Shown: positions 36,603-49,975, counted from the stretch's first letter. The stretch is 64,000 nt of DNA from Octopus sinensis (GCF_006345805.1 NC_042997.1:193936001-194000000); one strand, 5' to 3'. Program-made: numbers and translations. Notes: a model not told the origin generated them from the letters alone.

Positions 36603-37449
36603 TTTCTTTCTTTCTTTCTCTCTTTCTTTCTTTCTTTCTTTCTTTTTTGTCTACAGCTATTTATAGTAAGTCAAGTGATCACGTAAAACGCCTCAGGTTG
36701 TCAGATAAATTCCTTCGTTTTTTGTCTTTGTTATTTATTTAATAATTTCCAATATAGGCGCAGGCGTGGCTGTGTGGCGTGGCTCTGTGCTAAGAAGCTT
36801 GCTTCCCAACTACATGTATGTTTCTCTACGTATGCGTCTTTATCTCTGAGTTTGTCCAGATAGAATCTTGCCGGTTCACAGAGCAACAAAATGACGCATA
36901 TAACGTAACGTAACAAGAAAGATCATAGTAATTAGGTTATGATAGCAACTGTAATGTATTCTCGGAGTAGAAAGAGAAGGACGGGGGTGGAACCATTAAA
37001 AAAAGTATTTGTCATAAAGGGGATAGAAAATGGTAGATAGGAAAGAATGAAGGTAATAAAGGAAAGTGAATGAAGTTAGCAACGTTTGGTGAGAAAGAAA
37101 ATCAAATATAGTACCCACTTCCACGCCTTTCTCATATCCTTACCATATTCTCATCCCATACTACTCCATTTACTGTCCACCGGCCACCTGCACCCCGCAC
37201 TGCTTATCCCATGTCTGTTTTCTCATTTATATTCACACGAACCCCAACTTTTCATCTATACTCAAAACTATACCTCTTCCTCTCTTCTTAACTTCTCCCC
37301 ATAGGACTGCATTCCCACCTGGCCCCCTATATTTTTCTTCTCTCTTTTCAACCACTCTTCTTTTTTTTCTGATGAAGGACTCCGTGTCCGAAAAGTCAAA
37401 GACAGTTTTACTTTTTCCTTTTCCTATTCAAGCATGAAACCAATAATAC

Positions 37450-38629
37450 CTAGTTTGCTGGCTTGGGTTAGGGATTTCAGGGCTTTTTGCCTGCGGGTAT
37501 AAGTGAATGTGTGTTATACTGAGCTGACTTTTGACTGATCTGACTATTTTGTCAATTTCGTTATCAGTTGGTCTTTTACTGGGGATGAGGTATTATTTTC
37601 CCTCAGTTCCCTGTAGAATTTTTTTGTGTTCTCCTTGAATAGTATGCCTTGTCTATGGAATGCTGAGCGTTTTTTTTTATCTTGCCAGTCGTTTGGTTTT
37701 TAATTGTAGTTTTTGTTTGAGGATTTCAATCTGTGTATCCTTTGTTTTCTCGTAAACAGCTCCTAGTTTATTACTGTCCATGTACAACCTGCTATGCGGG
37801 TTTTTGCACCTCCAGATATTGTAGGTCTCTTTTTGTGTGGTTGATGTTTCTGGGTTTAGTGTTGAAAAATAATAAGCTTTCAAATTTTGGCACACGGCCA
37901 GCAAATTCGGGAGAGGGATAAGTGAATTAATAATAATATAGCTTTCAAATTTCGAACTTCGATATATTCCTCCTTGGCCATTTCTATCTTGTATTTCTAT
38001 TTCTTTGAGATAGGTTTGGCAGTTGATCCTGAGCGTCAGTTTCGGGAATATCCCTGGTTTGATTTGCTACAGGTTCTTGAGGAATTTGATCCTGATTTAA
38101 AGACTTTTCGAGCTCAGTGTCAGAAGCTAAGGTCACTGATGAACGCGTTCTACGAACGACACGAGTTCTAGTGGGAGGGGGTTCCATGGTTGGTATCCAG
38201 GGCCGTGTTATAAGCGCACAGGGTTAAACCAGTTGTCTGGTTCCTTGGGGGAAGGTTCAGAGGTCCCAGACAACATCATTTTTGGGGGGGATGGGGGGGG
38301 GGTGAAATTAATTTTGAAATGTTTTAAATTAGTTCATGGCATGACCCGTCGCTTGGAAGGTGTCAAAAGGCAGGCCGACAGACTTCGTTGTAGCATCGTA
38401 GAAAGAAGCAGATATTGAGTTGACAGCTAGAGAGAGAGAGACACAGAGACTGGGAGACAAAAGACAGAATCATTATGCAGTCTCCGAGCTATTTCCAGTA
38501 GGATGGTAATGGCGTTGGCGGCGGTGGTGGCAGAAGTGGTAAAGGGAGTGTATAGCTTCTGTCAGCAGGATGTAAACGCTATCGCATATGCGTGTTTGTC
38601 TCTAGGCAAATCATAAATATCGCTGTTGC

Positions 38630-38630
<1 letters not shown>
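37450..38630 (-). mobile_element. Probable 5' part (5' UTR plus ORF start, internally deleted) of an R4/Dong-like LINE
   Basis: ORF pieces MEPPPTRTRVVRRTRSS.. and AYYFSTLNPETSTTQKETYNIWRCKNPHSRLYMDSNKL resemble R4-clade N-terminal regions (recalled). Upstream lies a (TAA)n tract at 38631-38690. Confidence 0.45.
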
Positions 38631-38728
<98 letters not shown>

Positions 38729-38989
38729 CAGCAGCAGCATTAGTAGTGCGATCAGGAAGCAAAAAAAGCGTCACACCCTTGCGGTCAGCAGAAGTCAAAT
38801 GTGCTTAGTATTACAAGCGCTCAATGAGAAAACTGACCTTGACCTTGGAAAGAGCCAACTCTGTTCTATTTTAATTACGACTAGAATAAATAACAATAAT
38901 ACACACACACATACACATACATACATACATACATACATACATACATACATACATACATACATACGTACGTACACACACATATATATATA

Positions 38990-39727
38990 AGAGAGACCAA
39001 AATGTATGTTCGCAGCTATGTTTCTTTCTATATATAAAAAATACAAAAATGGGACAAGAACGCAAAACATACAGACAAACGATACAAAGAAAACAACGAC
39101 GGGTCATTCGGAGTTTTCTTTCCTCAGTCGAGTTTCAGATTATCTTTGCAATTTGGGCTGGTTATACTCGAGATTGCTCCAATCTGGCCAGTCCGAAGGA
39201 AAAACTAAGTTAAGAGCATTAGATTCCTTGGAAGAAAGCAGCAAATGTGTACGAAAACAAGGACGGAAAAAACGGAGAAGTGTTACACAAAAACAAATGC
39301 AAATAACAGGACATAACAACAGGTGTCTTTCGACTAAGGACTAATCAAATTAAGTTGGCGTGTGTGGAAGTAAAGCCTTACGGCAGGGACATAAGATCTG
39401 ACAAGCACAGGGAGGAATATAGATGTTGCACGGATGGTAGTTGAACCAAGAAAGGCCAGGCTTGGCCGAACACCTATCACGTGCGGAGAGAAGAGAGAGG
39501 GGTAGAGGCAGAGGGATAGAAGAATTAAGGAGGGGCGAGAAAAAATGAAAGGGACAGAGTGAAGTGAAAGAGGAGAGAAAGTGAGCATGAAGAGAAGGCC
39601 AGGAAATGTGAGAGAAGGGAAACGAAAGAACGAAGAGTGAAATGAACGAAGTAATTGTGAAAGGGCTGATAGAAAGAAGGAAAGAATAGAAAGAATAATA
39701 GAGTCGTACAATATATATATATATATA

Positions 39728-39775
<48 letters not shown>

Positions 39776-39975
39776 AGACCAAAGTGTACGTACACCGCTA
39801 TATTTTTATATATAAAAAATACAAAAATGGGACAAGAACGCAAAACATAAGGGACAACAAAACATACAGACAGACGATACAAAGACAACAAGAACGGGTC
39901 ATTCCGAGTTTTCTTTTCTCAGTCGAGTTCCAGATTATCTTTGCAATTTCAGCTGGTTATACTCGAGATTGCTCA
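38990..39975 (-). mobile_element. Non-coding element with ~190-bp direct terminal duplications (PLE pseudo-LTR-like); related piece at 61565-61650 (+)
   Basis: The block AAAAATACAAAAATGGGACAAGAACGCAAAAC...CTCAGTCGAG...ATACTCGAGATTGCTC occurs at ~39035-39180 and ~39815-39974. Confidence 0.5.
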
Positions 39976-40349
39976 CACACACACACCACACACACACACA
40001 CCACACACACACACACACACACATATTAATATTTACATCGTTGAATTTTTCTTCCCTTTCTTTAGATTTCGTAATTATGCAGTTTGTATATACTGGTAGT
40101 TGTTTATCTCCTAAATTTTTAAAGCTTTTAAAGATGATCGTTTGTGTGTTCGACCAGAGAAAATTGTGAATATGTAAGATTCTCAACTTATTTTGGAAGA
40201 GATTTCCGTTGTGCGTTTAATAGTGTTGTTGCAATAGAATGTACGTTTACATATACGAATAGCCAGGGAGAAAAGAAGGGCAAAATGTTTACACAGAATT
40301 GTAGTTATTAAAGGTTTTCAAAATTTTCTAATGATGCTCCTTTGTGTAT

Positions 40350-40507
40350 TGTATTAAAACTCAGAGCTAGGTATGATGGAAAGTGTCAGCTGTCCACGGC
40401 CAGCAGACTAAGGCGACACTTGTTTTACTGGTCATGCTTCAAGAAACCTGCGGAGATTTGTTGCAATTCCAAGCAATGCTGATCTTTGTAGGTGTTCTAC
40501 CTTCACA
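40350..40507 (-). mobile_element. Very short 3' fragment of a different R4/Dong subfamily
   Basis: VKVEHLQRSALLGIATNLRRFLEA* corresponds to the R4 C-terminal LQKxxLLGTAxILR motif. Confidence 0.6.
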
Positions 40508-40619
40508 CTTGTACCGATTATTATCATCATCATCATCATCATTATTATCATCATTATTATTATTATTATTATTATCATCATTATTATTATTATCATTATT
40601 ATTATTATTATTATCATTA

Positions 40620-42620
40620 GCATCTTCTTACAATTCTACTTCCGTTTCTTTCCGATTGTCCTCCTGACACCTGGGGCAGAGAAACGCACTGTATACATTG
40701 GTAGGCTATTAAAACAAGCACACTAGATTGTTCATTTACAAAGTCATGTGATAGAGAAAAAGGGGAAGACTGAGAGAAAAAGGAAAAAAATAGAGAAGTA
40801 AACAAAGAAATTAAAGGGAGAAAAAGGAAAGAGAATTTATAGCGACAATGCTCTTCTCAATACGTGTGACTTACCAGTTAAGACAATCTTTTGCACTTCC
40901 TGCATGGATGGTAAGCCAGGGATCATCCTCAAATAATTTTCAGTTTCTTTTTTATCATCCCAAATGCTCCTACAATCACTGGTATTGTAACCGTCTTGAG
41001 ATGCCACATCTTTTCGATTTCGATAAATAAATCTTTATATTTTCTGAATTCATCAAATTCTTTTGCCGACATATTATGGTCACAGAGTATGCTCATGTCA
41101 GTCAATAAACAGACTTTATTGATTTTGTCTTTCACAACAATATCTAGTGTATTTGCCTTCATGGTCCTGTCTGTACATACTGGAAAGTCCCAAAGAATCG
41201 CTATATATTTTCTCCTTCAGTTACAGCCTCAGGGTGGTGCTTGTACAATTTCTCAGCAGTTTTGATTTTATAATGCCGACACATTATCCACTGTAGATAT
41301 CGGCAAACTCTGTCATGTCTTGATTTGTACTCTACAGGTGCTAAAACCTTATACCCAGAGTTTAGGTAGTCGACATTTTCTATCCCATCGTTGCAGTATC
41401 GGCATTTTGGGTCTACACCATTTTTCATCACATTTGCTTGATAGTTCCAGGTCACTAAGTTCTGATTTTGGGCAGCCAAGATAAAGCTTCACTCTCTGCC
41501 TTTAGCCCTGAGCTCCATTGCCACTGATGGATGTGCTTCTGGTCAACATCAGCTTGTTTGCTACGGGCTACATATTTGCCATGCAGATGTTTTTGTTTCC
41601 ACCTATCAGCCAATTGTTCAAGCGCATTTTGCTTTGCTATTGATTTTACCTTCTTTGCGAATACAGTTGCTATACTTTCCTTATTCTGTTCAACCTGGGT
41701 ATTATGGATAAACTCACTTGAAAATAACAGAATGAAGTTTCTTACGTCTTTCATGGTTTTCAACGAGCTTTATCATCCGATCGTTAGATGTTTCAATATA
41801 TTTTTCCAGTCCAATTGTGGTGGTTTTGTAGATTTCAGTTTGGATCAAACCTCAACCTTCTTGAGCTCTAAATAGGTAAAGACGATCTGCGTCTGCCTTT
41901 GGGTGGTGCATCTTATTGCAAACCAGCAATTTACGGATTTTCCTGTCAATCCTCCTTATTTCGCTCATATTCCAGTTCAACACATTGAAACTGTAAATAA
42001 TAACAAACTGCTAAGGAATCTATAGTAATACCTTATTACGTACATTTAAATCAGATTTTAGGACTGCTCGAACTCTCCTGTAACACTCCTTCTTGATTTT
42101 CTCTCTCATACTTTCATGTTGAATGCCAGAGCCCTAATTTCTTCCGAGGTATTTGTAAGTTTGTTCCTGCTCGAGTTCTTTTATGCCTGTGTCAACATCC
42201 AACACCACTGAATGTCAAGTTTTTGTTTCCCTTTCTGGAAAGTGGCCTTGGTACATTTATCAAGGCCAAATTCCATCCCAATTTCATCACTGAATGCTTT
42301 CACAGTACGTAGTAGTCCTTCAAGCTCATTATCATCTTTGCCATAACGTTTTAAGTCATCCTTATAAAACAGATGACTTATTTTCTTGTCGCCAATTTTA
42401 TATCCATACCCTGTTCTGTTGAGTTCACTTGTAAGGGGTATTAGGGCTATGCAGAAAATTAAAGGTGAAAGTGAGTCACTTTGGAAAATGCTGCAGTTGA
42501 TATTAATATTTTTTTGGTCAGTACTCCATTAGAGTAGTATAATCGGAGATTCGTATTTCACATTGACATTTGCTTCAGGAAGCTTGAAATCACAGGAAAA
42601 ATTTTGAAGACATCCATCAA
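40620..42620 (-). mobile_element. R4/Dong-clade LINE (RT C-half, CCHC knuckle, restriction-like endonuclease), 5'-truncated, degenerate
   Basis: FQSDSLSPLIFCIALIPL..ISHLFYKDDLK..IGMEFGLDKC; DPKCRYCNDGIENVDYL; RHDRVCRYLQW; ILWDF..DIVV..KYKDL..IPVIVGAFG. Confidence 0.92.
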
Positions 42621-45293
42621 TAATAAAGAAAGCATAATTTCTATAGTTGTTGGTTCTACCTGCTGTTATTGTTATTTGGGTTGTGTTGCAAGAAACTTAC
42701 CTCTAAGCCGAACTGTTGAGGGTTAAAATGCGGTTTTGTTCTCTAGTGCTGTGTCGCAACCAAAAACTAGGACGCAACTCTAAATGATATCTTGTCATCG
42801 TCTTATAACTGAAATGAAGACCAGAGAAGCTTTAGCCACTTAAAAACTTAAAAGCTGTAGGAGCTACTTGGAGATATTGCAAGCTCATTTCCTGTTGCTG
42901 ACTAAAGCTATCGCAATGTCAGAAAGTCTTTTGTATCTTCAGAGGTGTTTCCAGTATTGCGATACAAGCGTTTCGCCCCTAGACTTGTACACTTTGCCTG
43001 CGTAGGGCAACGATGAGTGAATTTGCTAGCGGAATAAATTACGAAGATAAAGTCGTGAAGAGTCGAACTGACACTTTCCGGCAGCCTCAGAATGATCGGA
43101 AGATTCACAACAAAATAGCTTTTATGTTTCTAAAGAAGAGAAAATATAAATTAAATGAATATAAGTGGAGAAAAAATATCGAAGTTTACTATGGGTAGAT
43201 CTAAAAGGGGTCAATAGGCAGTTTAGTATCGTAAAAAGGTGAATGTAAATAGCTTTCATAAATACAGACATTGAAAATATTACCAGGGTATGTGGAATAA
43301 AGGGAATTGGTTGTTTGATGCAGTATAAAGAGGTGCGGAGAAATGCTGCCTGGTAAAGATCCTCGATCGTACACGCAAAACACGCCAACTCATTATAATG
43401 CAATTGAGATATTACTAAGGACGTATTTGATATACGACAGGTGAGTTTGTTCGTTTAGGCCACATACGTAGTTGAGAAGTTGTGAACGATTCTTTAAATT
43501 TTGTTGATTCAACGATGAGAGCATCGATACACAGACTTTCGAAAGGCAGGCGATGCACACCAAAAATAAAACTAAGGTGACCATTCGGAACAAGTGGTTC
43601 TTTATTAACATCGTATCTGTATGATAATATATGTGGCGGAATATATACGTGCGTTCTATGCATCGTTTTCATAATATATAAATATAATGAAATTATCGAA
43701 TTTCGCAGTCGTCACTTCTGCTTTCTCTGACAATTTACTATCACTTTTCTTTGGACATGTTAACCTAAAAAGTTTGTAAATAGTATCTTAGTTTTCGTTA
43801 TATTTCTTTTATCGATGTATTCGTAAACGCTCATACAGAAATGTAAGACATTGAACGATATTGAAAGTTATAACAATGGTTTATTACAAATGATGATAAC
43901 AGGAAATAATTTGAACATTACAATAAATACATAAATAAATAGCACTTTACACAGCCAACACATGTCACCGTCATCTTCAGCGTACTTAAGTTTGTTGTTG
44001 CTTAACACCAGGTGGGCCCTGATTAATTAATTATGATAATCAAATGTATTCCAGCCATAACCACAATTTAAACATTTGTGTAATATATTTGTTAAAGAAT
44101 AAAAAGTACTATTTGGCTGTGTTAGTTTCTAATTTCAGTATTGCATTTAATAACAAAATTGACATCTTTGGTAAGAAAAAAATGAATTCCTGTTTAACAA
44201 AAAACTTGACGTGATAGAAAATTTCTGAGAGCATTTCTGAACCCATCACCATCAAATTAGGTAGGATTAATTGTAAAAAGCAAAACAACTAAAAGCTGTT
44301 TTTTAAATGTTACCCAATGTAATCAGTAATAAATAGCAATAATAAAAGACCCTCTTAGTGATTATAATGGTGGCAACTCACATTGGGTACCTTGGGTAGT
44401 TTGGGGGACCAACATACGAACCCTCACACAAAGTGCTTGACCCAGTTCTTGCTGCCAGTCCACAACCGTATTATTACAAAATGTCTATGTAGCCACGCCC
44501 ACGTGTATTTATTATGATAATGTAATGATCCTTTCTATGCTAAGCATAAGGCCTGAACTTTTGGAGGAGGAGGTTAGTCGACTACATCGACCCAAATACT
44601 TGATTGGTATTTATTTCATCGACCCCGAAAAGATAAAAAAGCGAAATCAACCACGACAGATTTTGAACTCCCGACGTGAAGACGAACGAAATACCTATTT
44701 CTTTACTACCCACAAGGGGCGAAACACAGAGGGGACAAACAAGGACAGAGAAACGGATTAAGTCGATTACATCGGCTCCAGTGAGTAATTGGTACTTATT
44801 TAATCGATACCGTAAGGATGAAAAGCAGTCGACCTCGGCGATATTTGAACTCCCAACGTAAAGACGAACGAAATACCGCCTTGCAGACTGTCCGGCGTGC
44901 TAACGATTCTGCCAGCTCGCTGCTTTATGATAATGCAATAATGATTTCTAATATAAAGAATGGGCCCAGGAGCTCTAAGACGGCCAGTTGGCAGAATCAT
45001 TATCACGCCCGGCAAAATGCTTAGTGGCATTTCGTTCGTCTTTACGTTCTGAGTTCAAATTCCGCCAGAGTCGACTTTGCATTCCATTCTTTTAGGCTCG
45101 ATAAAATAAGTGCCAGTTGAACACTGGGATCGATGTAATAAACTTGACCCTTTCTCCAAAATTACATGCCTTATTCGGACCTCTGGGGCCTATATGACTC
45201 TCGTGGGTCCATGTAAAAATGATATGCAAGAGTAGGCTGTATATAGCTGACACTTTCCATCATCCCAGCAAATTATGCTTAGAGTTTTTATCA

Positions 45294-45356
<63 letters not shown>

Positions 45357-45412
45357 CACTTTGATGGCATGCACTTCTCTCTCACTCAATAATAATAATA
45401 ATAATAATAATA

Positions 45413-45443
<31 letters not shown>

Positions 45444-45444
<1 letters not shown>

Positions 45445-46205
45445 TTATCGGCAGTAGTCCAACGTGTCGTGTATGCCAGCAACAAAATGAAACCATTGAT
45501 CATGTGGTCTCCAAGTGCAGTCTTCTTGCGCCTTCAGAGTATCTGAACAGGCATGAGAGAGCTGCACAATATATTCACTGGGTAATTTGCAAAAACCTGG
45601 ATTTGCCCCATGAAAAAAACTGGTGGGAACACAAACCACCCCCAGTGCTTGAAAATGACCACATCTCACTCCTCTGGAACTTCACCATTCAAACTGACAG
45701 AAAGATAGATGCAAATAGGCCAGACATCATATTGAAAGACTTCAAACAAAGAACATGCCTCCTCATTGATATGATTGTCACAATCGATATAAACGTATCT
45801 GTCAAGACCTACCAGAAACTGAGCAAATATAAAGACCTTGAAATAGAAATCAGCAAAATGTGGAACCTGAAGACTAAAACAATACCTGTTGTCATAGGTG
45901 CCCTGGGAATGATAGCAAAAGGGGCTGATTGCTACCTAACTCAGATACCAGGAAACCCCAAAATGGCAGAAATTCAAAAGATAGTGCTCATGGGAACTGC
46001 TCATATCCTACGCAAAATACTTTCTATGTAATCTCAAGGTTTAAAACAAACATTTTTTTTAGACATCCACCAGTACATCACAAAAAACAACCAAATATAT
46101 GGCACACTAGGCATAACAACAACGTGAACTTCCAGCCTGTTGTCTCTTGAGGTCTCCGGGTGAGACTTGGAGCCAACTTGTACAAATATAAAGCAAAAGT
46201 CAAAC

Positions 46206-46208
<3 letters not shown>
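45444..46208 (+). mobile_element. R4/Dong-clade LINE 3' fragment (CCHC plus RLE) embedded in (TAA)n
   Basis: CRVCQQQNETIDHV..RHERAAQYIHW..LLWNFTIQTDRKIDANRPDII..KYKDL..IPVVIGALG..VLMGTAHILRKILSM*. Confidence 0.92.
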
Positions 46209-46265
<57 letters not shown>

Positions 46266-46434
46266 TAATAATAATAACAATAATAATAATAATAATAATA
46301 ATAATGATAATAATAATAATAATAATGATAATAATAATAAATTAAATAAAACAAATGGTACCATCAGCTTCTCATTAGGTCAACAGACATGGCACAGGTA
46401 ATATAGGCAATTGTCCAGAAAGCATGCGCTTTAA

Positions 46435-46845
46435 TTAATTAGTCTTTGTATGGTCTTCGCAAATACAGCCTGAACGATATTTAAAATTTTCAGCTCTGTA
46501 TTCAGTCACATTATTGCAATTGTGGGCCCGAAACACTGTCATGATCGACTTCACCTGTACGCAGCCATATTTATGAGATGTTGGGAATGAACATGAGTTA
46601 AGCTCGCATCCAGCAGGTGGGATACACGTGTATTCAGCGATTCTCTGTGGGAAACGATTGCTGTCGAAGTTTACCTCACACGACATATTACACACAGATC
46701 TGTGAATTACATCATTATCACATACGTCTATGTCTTCAGAGATGTTAAGCTTACTCCTTGTGTAGAAACTGGTTATATTTCTTTGTGCCGCTGAGAAGTC
46801 TAATAGACACATCATAGCAACAACACCGAAAAGAAGGCAATACAT
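46435..46845 (-). CDS. Interleukin-17-like secreted cytokine (136 aa from the ATG after the splice acceptor; upstream exon not located)
   Basis: Signal peptide MYCLLFGVVAMMCLLDFSAA. IL-17 motifs HRSVC...FDSNRFPQRIAEYTC, C-VQV..IMTVFR and terminal GCIC; 10 Cys in the mature part and 4 N-x-S/T sequons. A polypyrimidine tract plus CAG (46848-46846) immediately precedes the ATG, so the longer ORF-track start is intronic. Confidence 0.85.
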   Translation of the reverse strand: MYCLLFGVVAMMCLLDFSAAQRNITSFYTRSKLNISEDIDVCDNDVIHRSVCNMSCEVNFDSNRFPQRIAEYTCIPPAGCELNSCSFPTSHKYGCVQVKSIMTVFRAHNCNNVTEYRAENFKYRSGCICEDHTKTN

Positions 46846-49182
46846 CTGCAAGAAAGAAGAAAAAAAAATTATTAGTTGAATTCTAGAGAAATAATTTTGA
46901 AAAAACAAAGACAGAAATTTGAGATGTTAGACTGTCAAAGGCGAAAGGTTATAGTGTAGGCTGTCAAAGGTGAAAGGTGAGATGTTACATAGATAAAGAT
47001 ATGAATTTTGAGAGAAAAACATGTAATATGGATTTGGTTAAAAAGAAACGATGAGCGATGGCTAGAAGAATATTGAGCTTTATTTGATAACCAGCTGATC
47101 TAGCAAGCGGGGCCTCTTATCAGTGAGGTGGAGCTGGTGCACATTGATGCCGTGGAGAGGTAGGCCCCGAAACGGCGCGCATTCTCTCCTGATGATCCCA
47201 TACACTTGCTGGCTTCCGGTATGCGGAGTGTTTGACTGGTAACACTTGCATGTGCAAGTTGTTTGCAAGACATTTATGAACATAAGAGAACCAGGAGATC
47301 TTTAGTGACTCTGAGGCCTAGCGTTTGGAGATTATAATCGAGTTCTCCAAAACTAGAGTCTGATTAATTGTGAAGCTGTACAGTCTTAAATCAATGAATT
47401 TGTGCAAACTTGATGTGAGGCGTCTGTCTCCTGTAGACGATGTTTGTGTGCGAGAAATATAGATTGAAGTGAAGAGTAATATCATCTTTGTAAGAATGGC
47501 ATTGTTAGAAGTAAGCACAAGCAGGGCATTAATATCCTTTCTACCAAAAGCACAAGGCCTGGAATTTGAGGGGAGTGGGACAGTCGGTTACATCAACTCC
47601 AGTGCTCAGCTGTTACTTATTTCATCTACCCCGAAAGGCAGAGTCGGTCTCGAAGGTATTTGAACTCAGAATGTAGCGACAGACGAAATACCTATTTCTT
47701 TACTACCCACAAGGGGCTAAACACAGAGAGGACAAACAAGGACAGACAAATGGATTAAGTCGATTACATCGACCCCAGTGCGTAACTGGTACTTGCCCAC
47801 AGGGGGATAAACACAGAGGGGACAAACAAAGGGATTAAGTCGATTACATCGATCCCAGCGCGTAACTGGTACTTATTTAATCGACCCCGAAAGAATGAAA
47901 GGCAAAGTCGACCTCGGCGAAATTTGAACTCTGAACGCAGCGGCAGACGAAATACCGCTAAGCATTTCGCCCGGCGTGCTAGCGTTTCTGCCAGCTCGTC
48001 GCCTTAGGCAGAGCATTAATATCAATTGGGAAAACGTGAGTGGCACAACCTATGCTTCTTACACCAGGATGTACATCCTTATGTACACAAGAGTGTGCCA
48101 TAAGGTTATGATGTGCCAAATATTTGTTGTCTATGGTTAATATGGTCTTAGAAACGAAGTGAAAACAAGTAAGAAAACGAGGAAAAGAAGCATGGCAATT
48201 AGCTGATAGTGGGGAGCTGTCTATGCACTACTGAAGAGTTTGGCTAACTGGATATGATAATGTATATGTTCCAAATATAAATGATATATTACAGGAATTT
48301 GCAAGAAATAAAAACTGAATACAAGCAAACACAATCATCCAGATTAAAACATCGTTTTCAATTTTGTCATTTTGTAGTCAACGCTTACTCTTTACTCCCT
48401 CTTTACTCTTTTACTTGTTTCAGTCATTTGACTGCGGCCATGCTGGAGCACAACCTTTAGTCGAGCAAATCAACCCCAGGACTTATTCTTTGTAAGCCTA
48501 GTACTTATTCTATCTGTCTCTTTTGCCGAACCGCTAAGTTACGGGGATATGAACACACCAGCATCGGTTGTCAAGCGATGTTGGGGGGACAAACACAGAC
48601 ACACAAACATTTATATATACATATACACGACAGGCTTCTTTCAGTTTCTGTCTACCAAATCCACTCACAAGGCTTTGGTTAGCATGAGGCTATAAGTAGA
48701 AGACACTTGCCCAAAGTGCCACGCAGTGGGACTGAACTCGGAACTATGTGGTTGGCAAACAAGCTACTTACCACACAGCCACTCCTGCGCCTATTTTTTT
48801 TTTTTTTTTCGCAGCCGTTGAAATATAGATTTAATTTTTTTCTGAAGTTATGCCTGTGATGGACTTGTTTGTCGGACTTGAAAACTTTTGAACTGTTCCT
48901 CATATGTACTTTGCTTAAAATTTCACACACACACACACGCGCGTGCGCGCGCGCATGCACACACACGCACACGAACACACACACATAGGTTCAAAATAAC
49001 AAAGAACCTTTCAAATAACCCGCTCCCAAGGCATACTCTTTCCAAAACCCAAGAAAACAAATTCAACCCTTGATTTTTTCCAACTCACATATATATAAAA
49101 GGTATAAAGCTTCTATAAAAAAATAATTCATGAGGAATCCCTGAACAAATAGTTTTTATCCTCATCCTGGATACATCATATA

Positions 49183-49260
<78 letters not shown>

Positions 49261-49939
49261 GATATACATCCATACACATAATATACATTCATACATACAC
49301 GCATGCATATTATATCAATTTCTTTTATATGTTTATTTTTCTATACATTTGTCTATCCATCTATCGTCTAAATTTCAATCCATAACATTAGTTGTGAAAC
49401 AAATAAGGAACCCCAATGGGTATGAATCCTACGTGCTATCATTTACACATTTATCCAGTTCGAGTTTCATCGTTAAAAATGATTTATTTGTATCAATATA
49501 TATTGATACAAATAAATCATAATTAAGAGACAGAACCTCCATAAAGTAAATTTACGTTGTTAATTTTATTTTATGTTATTTAGACCTGAAGAGAAGCTAT
49601 GTATCGTTGGATCGAAGAGATATTAATTTTTGAGATTATCGAATTTGATATTGTCGATTTAAATATATCGTCACGAAACGCGCGTAGTCGTTTAAATGTG
49701 CATTATTTAGTATAGTAATTTTAATGTGTATTATTTAGTATAGTAATTTTTAGTACAATATTAATAATAAATTAAAATTAATATTTTATTATAGATTATA
49801 GATAATATTATTAATTGAATTACTTTATGGAGGTTCTATCTCTTAAATATATATATAAAATATCGTGAAATTTGATTTAGTATTATTGAATTGAGTTTGT
49901 TGCCTTGGAATTTTATATTCCCTATTATAAATAATAATA

Positions 49940-49975
<36 letters not shown>

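Noticed and set aside
39095-39135. Hammerhead-like CTGAGGA..CCGAAT (- strand; also 39895-39925 and 61575-61605)
   Set aside because: The three copies disagree in the core, and I could not pair stems I and III.
46846-46908. N-terminal extension MFFQNYFSRIQLIIFFSSFLQ of the IL-17 ORF
   Set aside because: It is the polypyrimidine tract and acceptor of an intron.
47100-47460. Second IL-17 gene or exon 1 upstream of the cytokine
   Set aside because: No IL-17 cysteine pattern in any frame. The plus strand looks more like a decayed CR1/L2 RT tail (HIDAVER..KRRAF), too weak to annotate.
49083-49090. GTGAGT donor on the - strand as the IL-17 first-exon end
   Set aside because: It is preceded by (TA)n; no supporting exon features.
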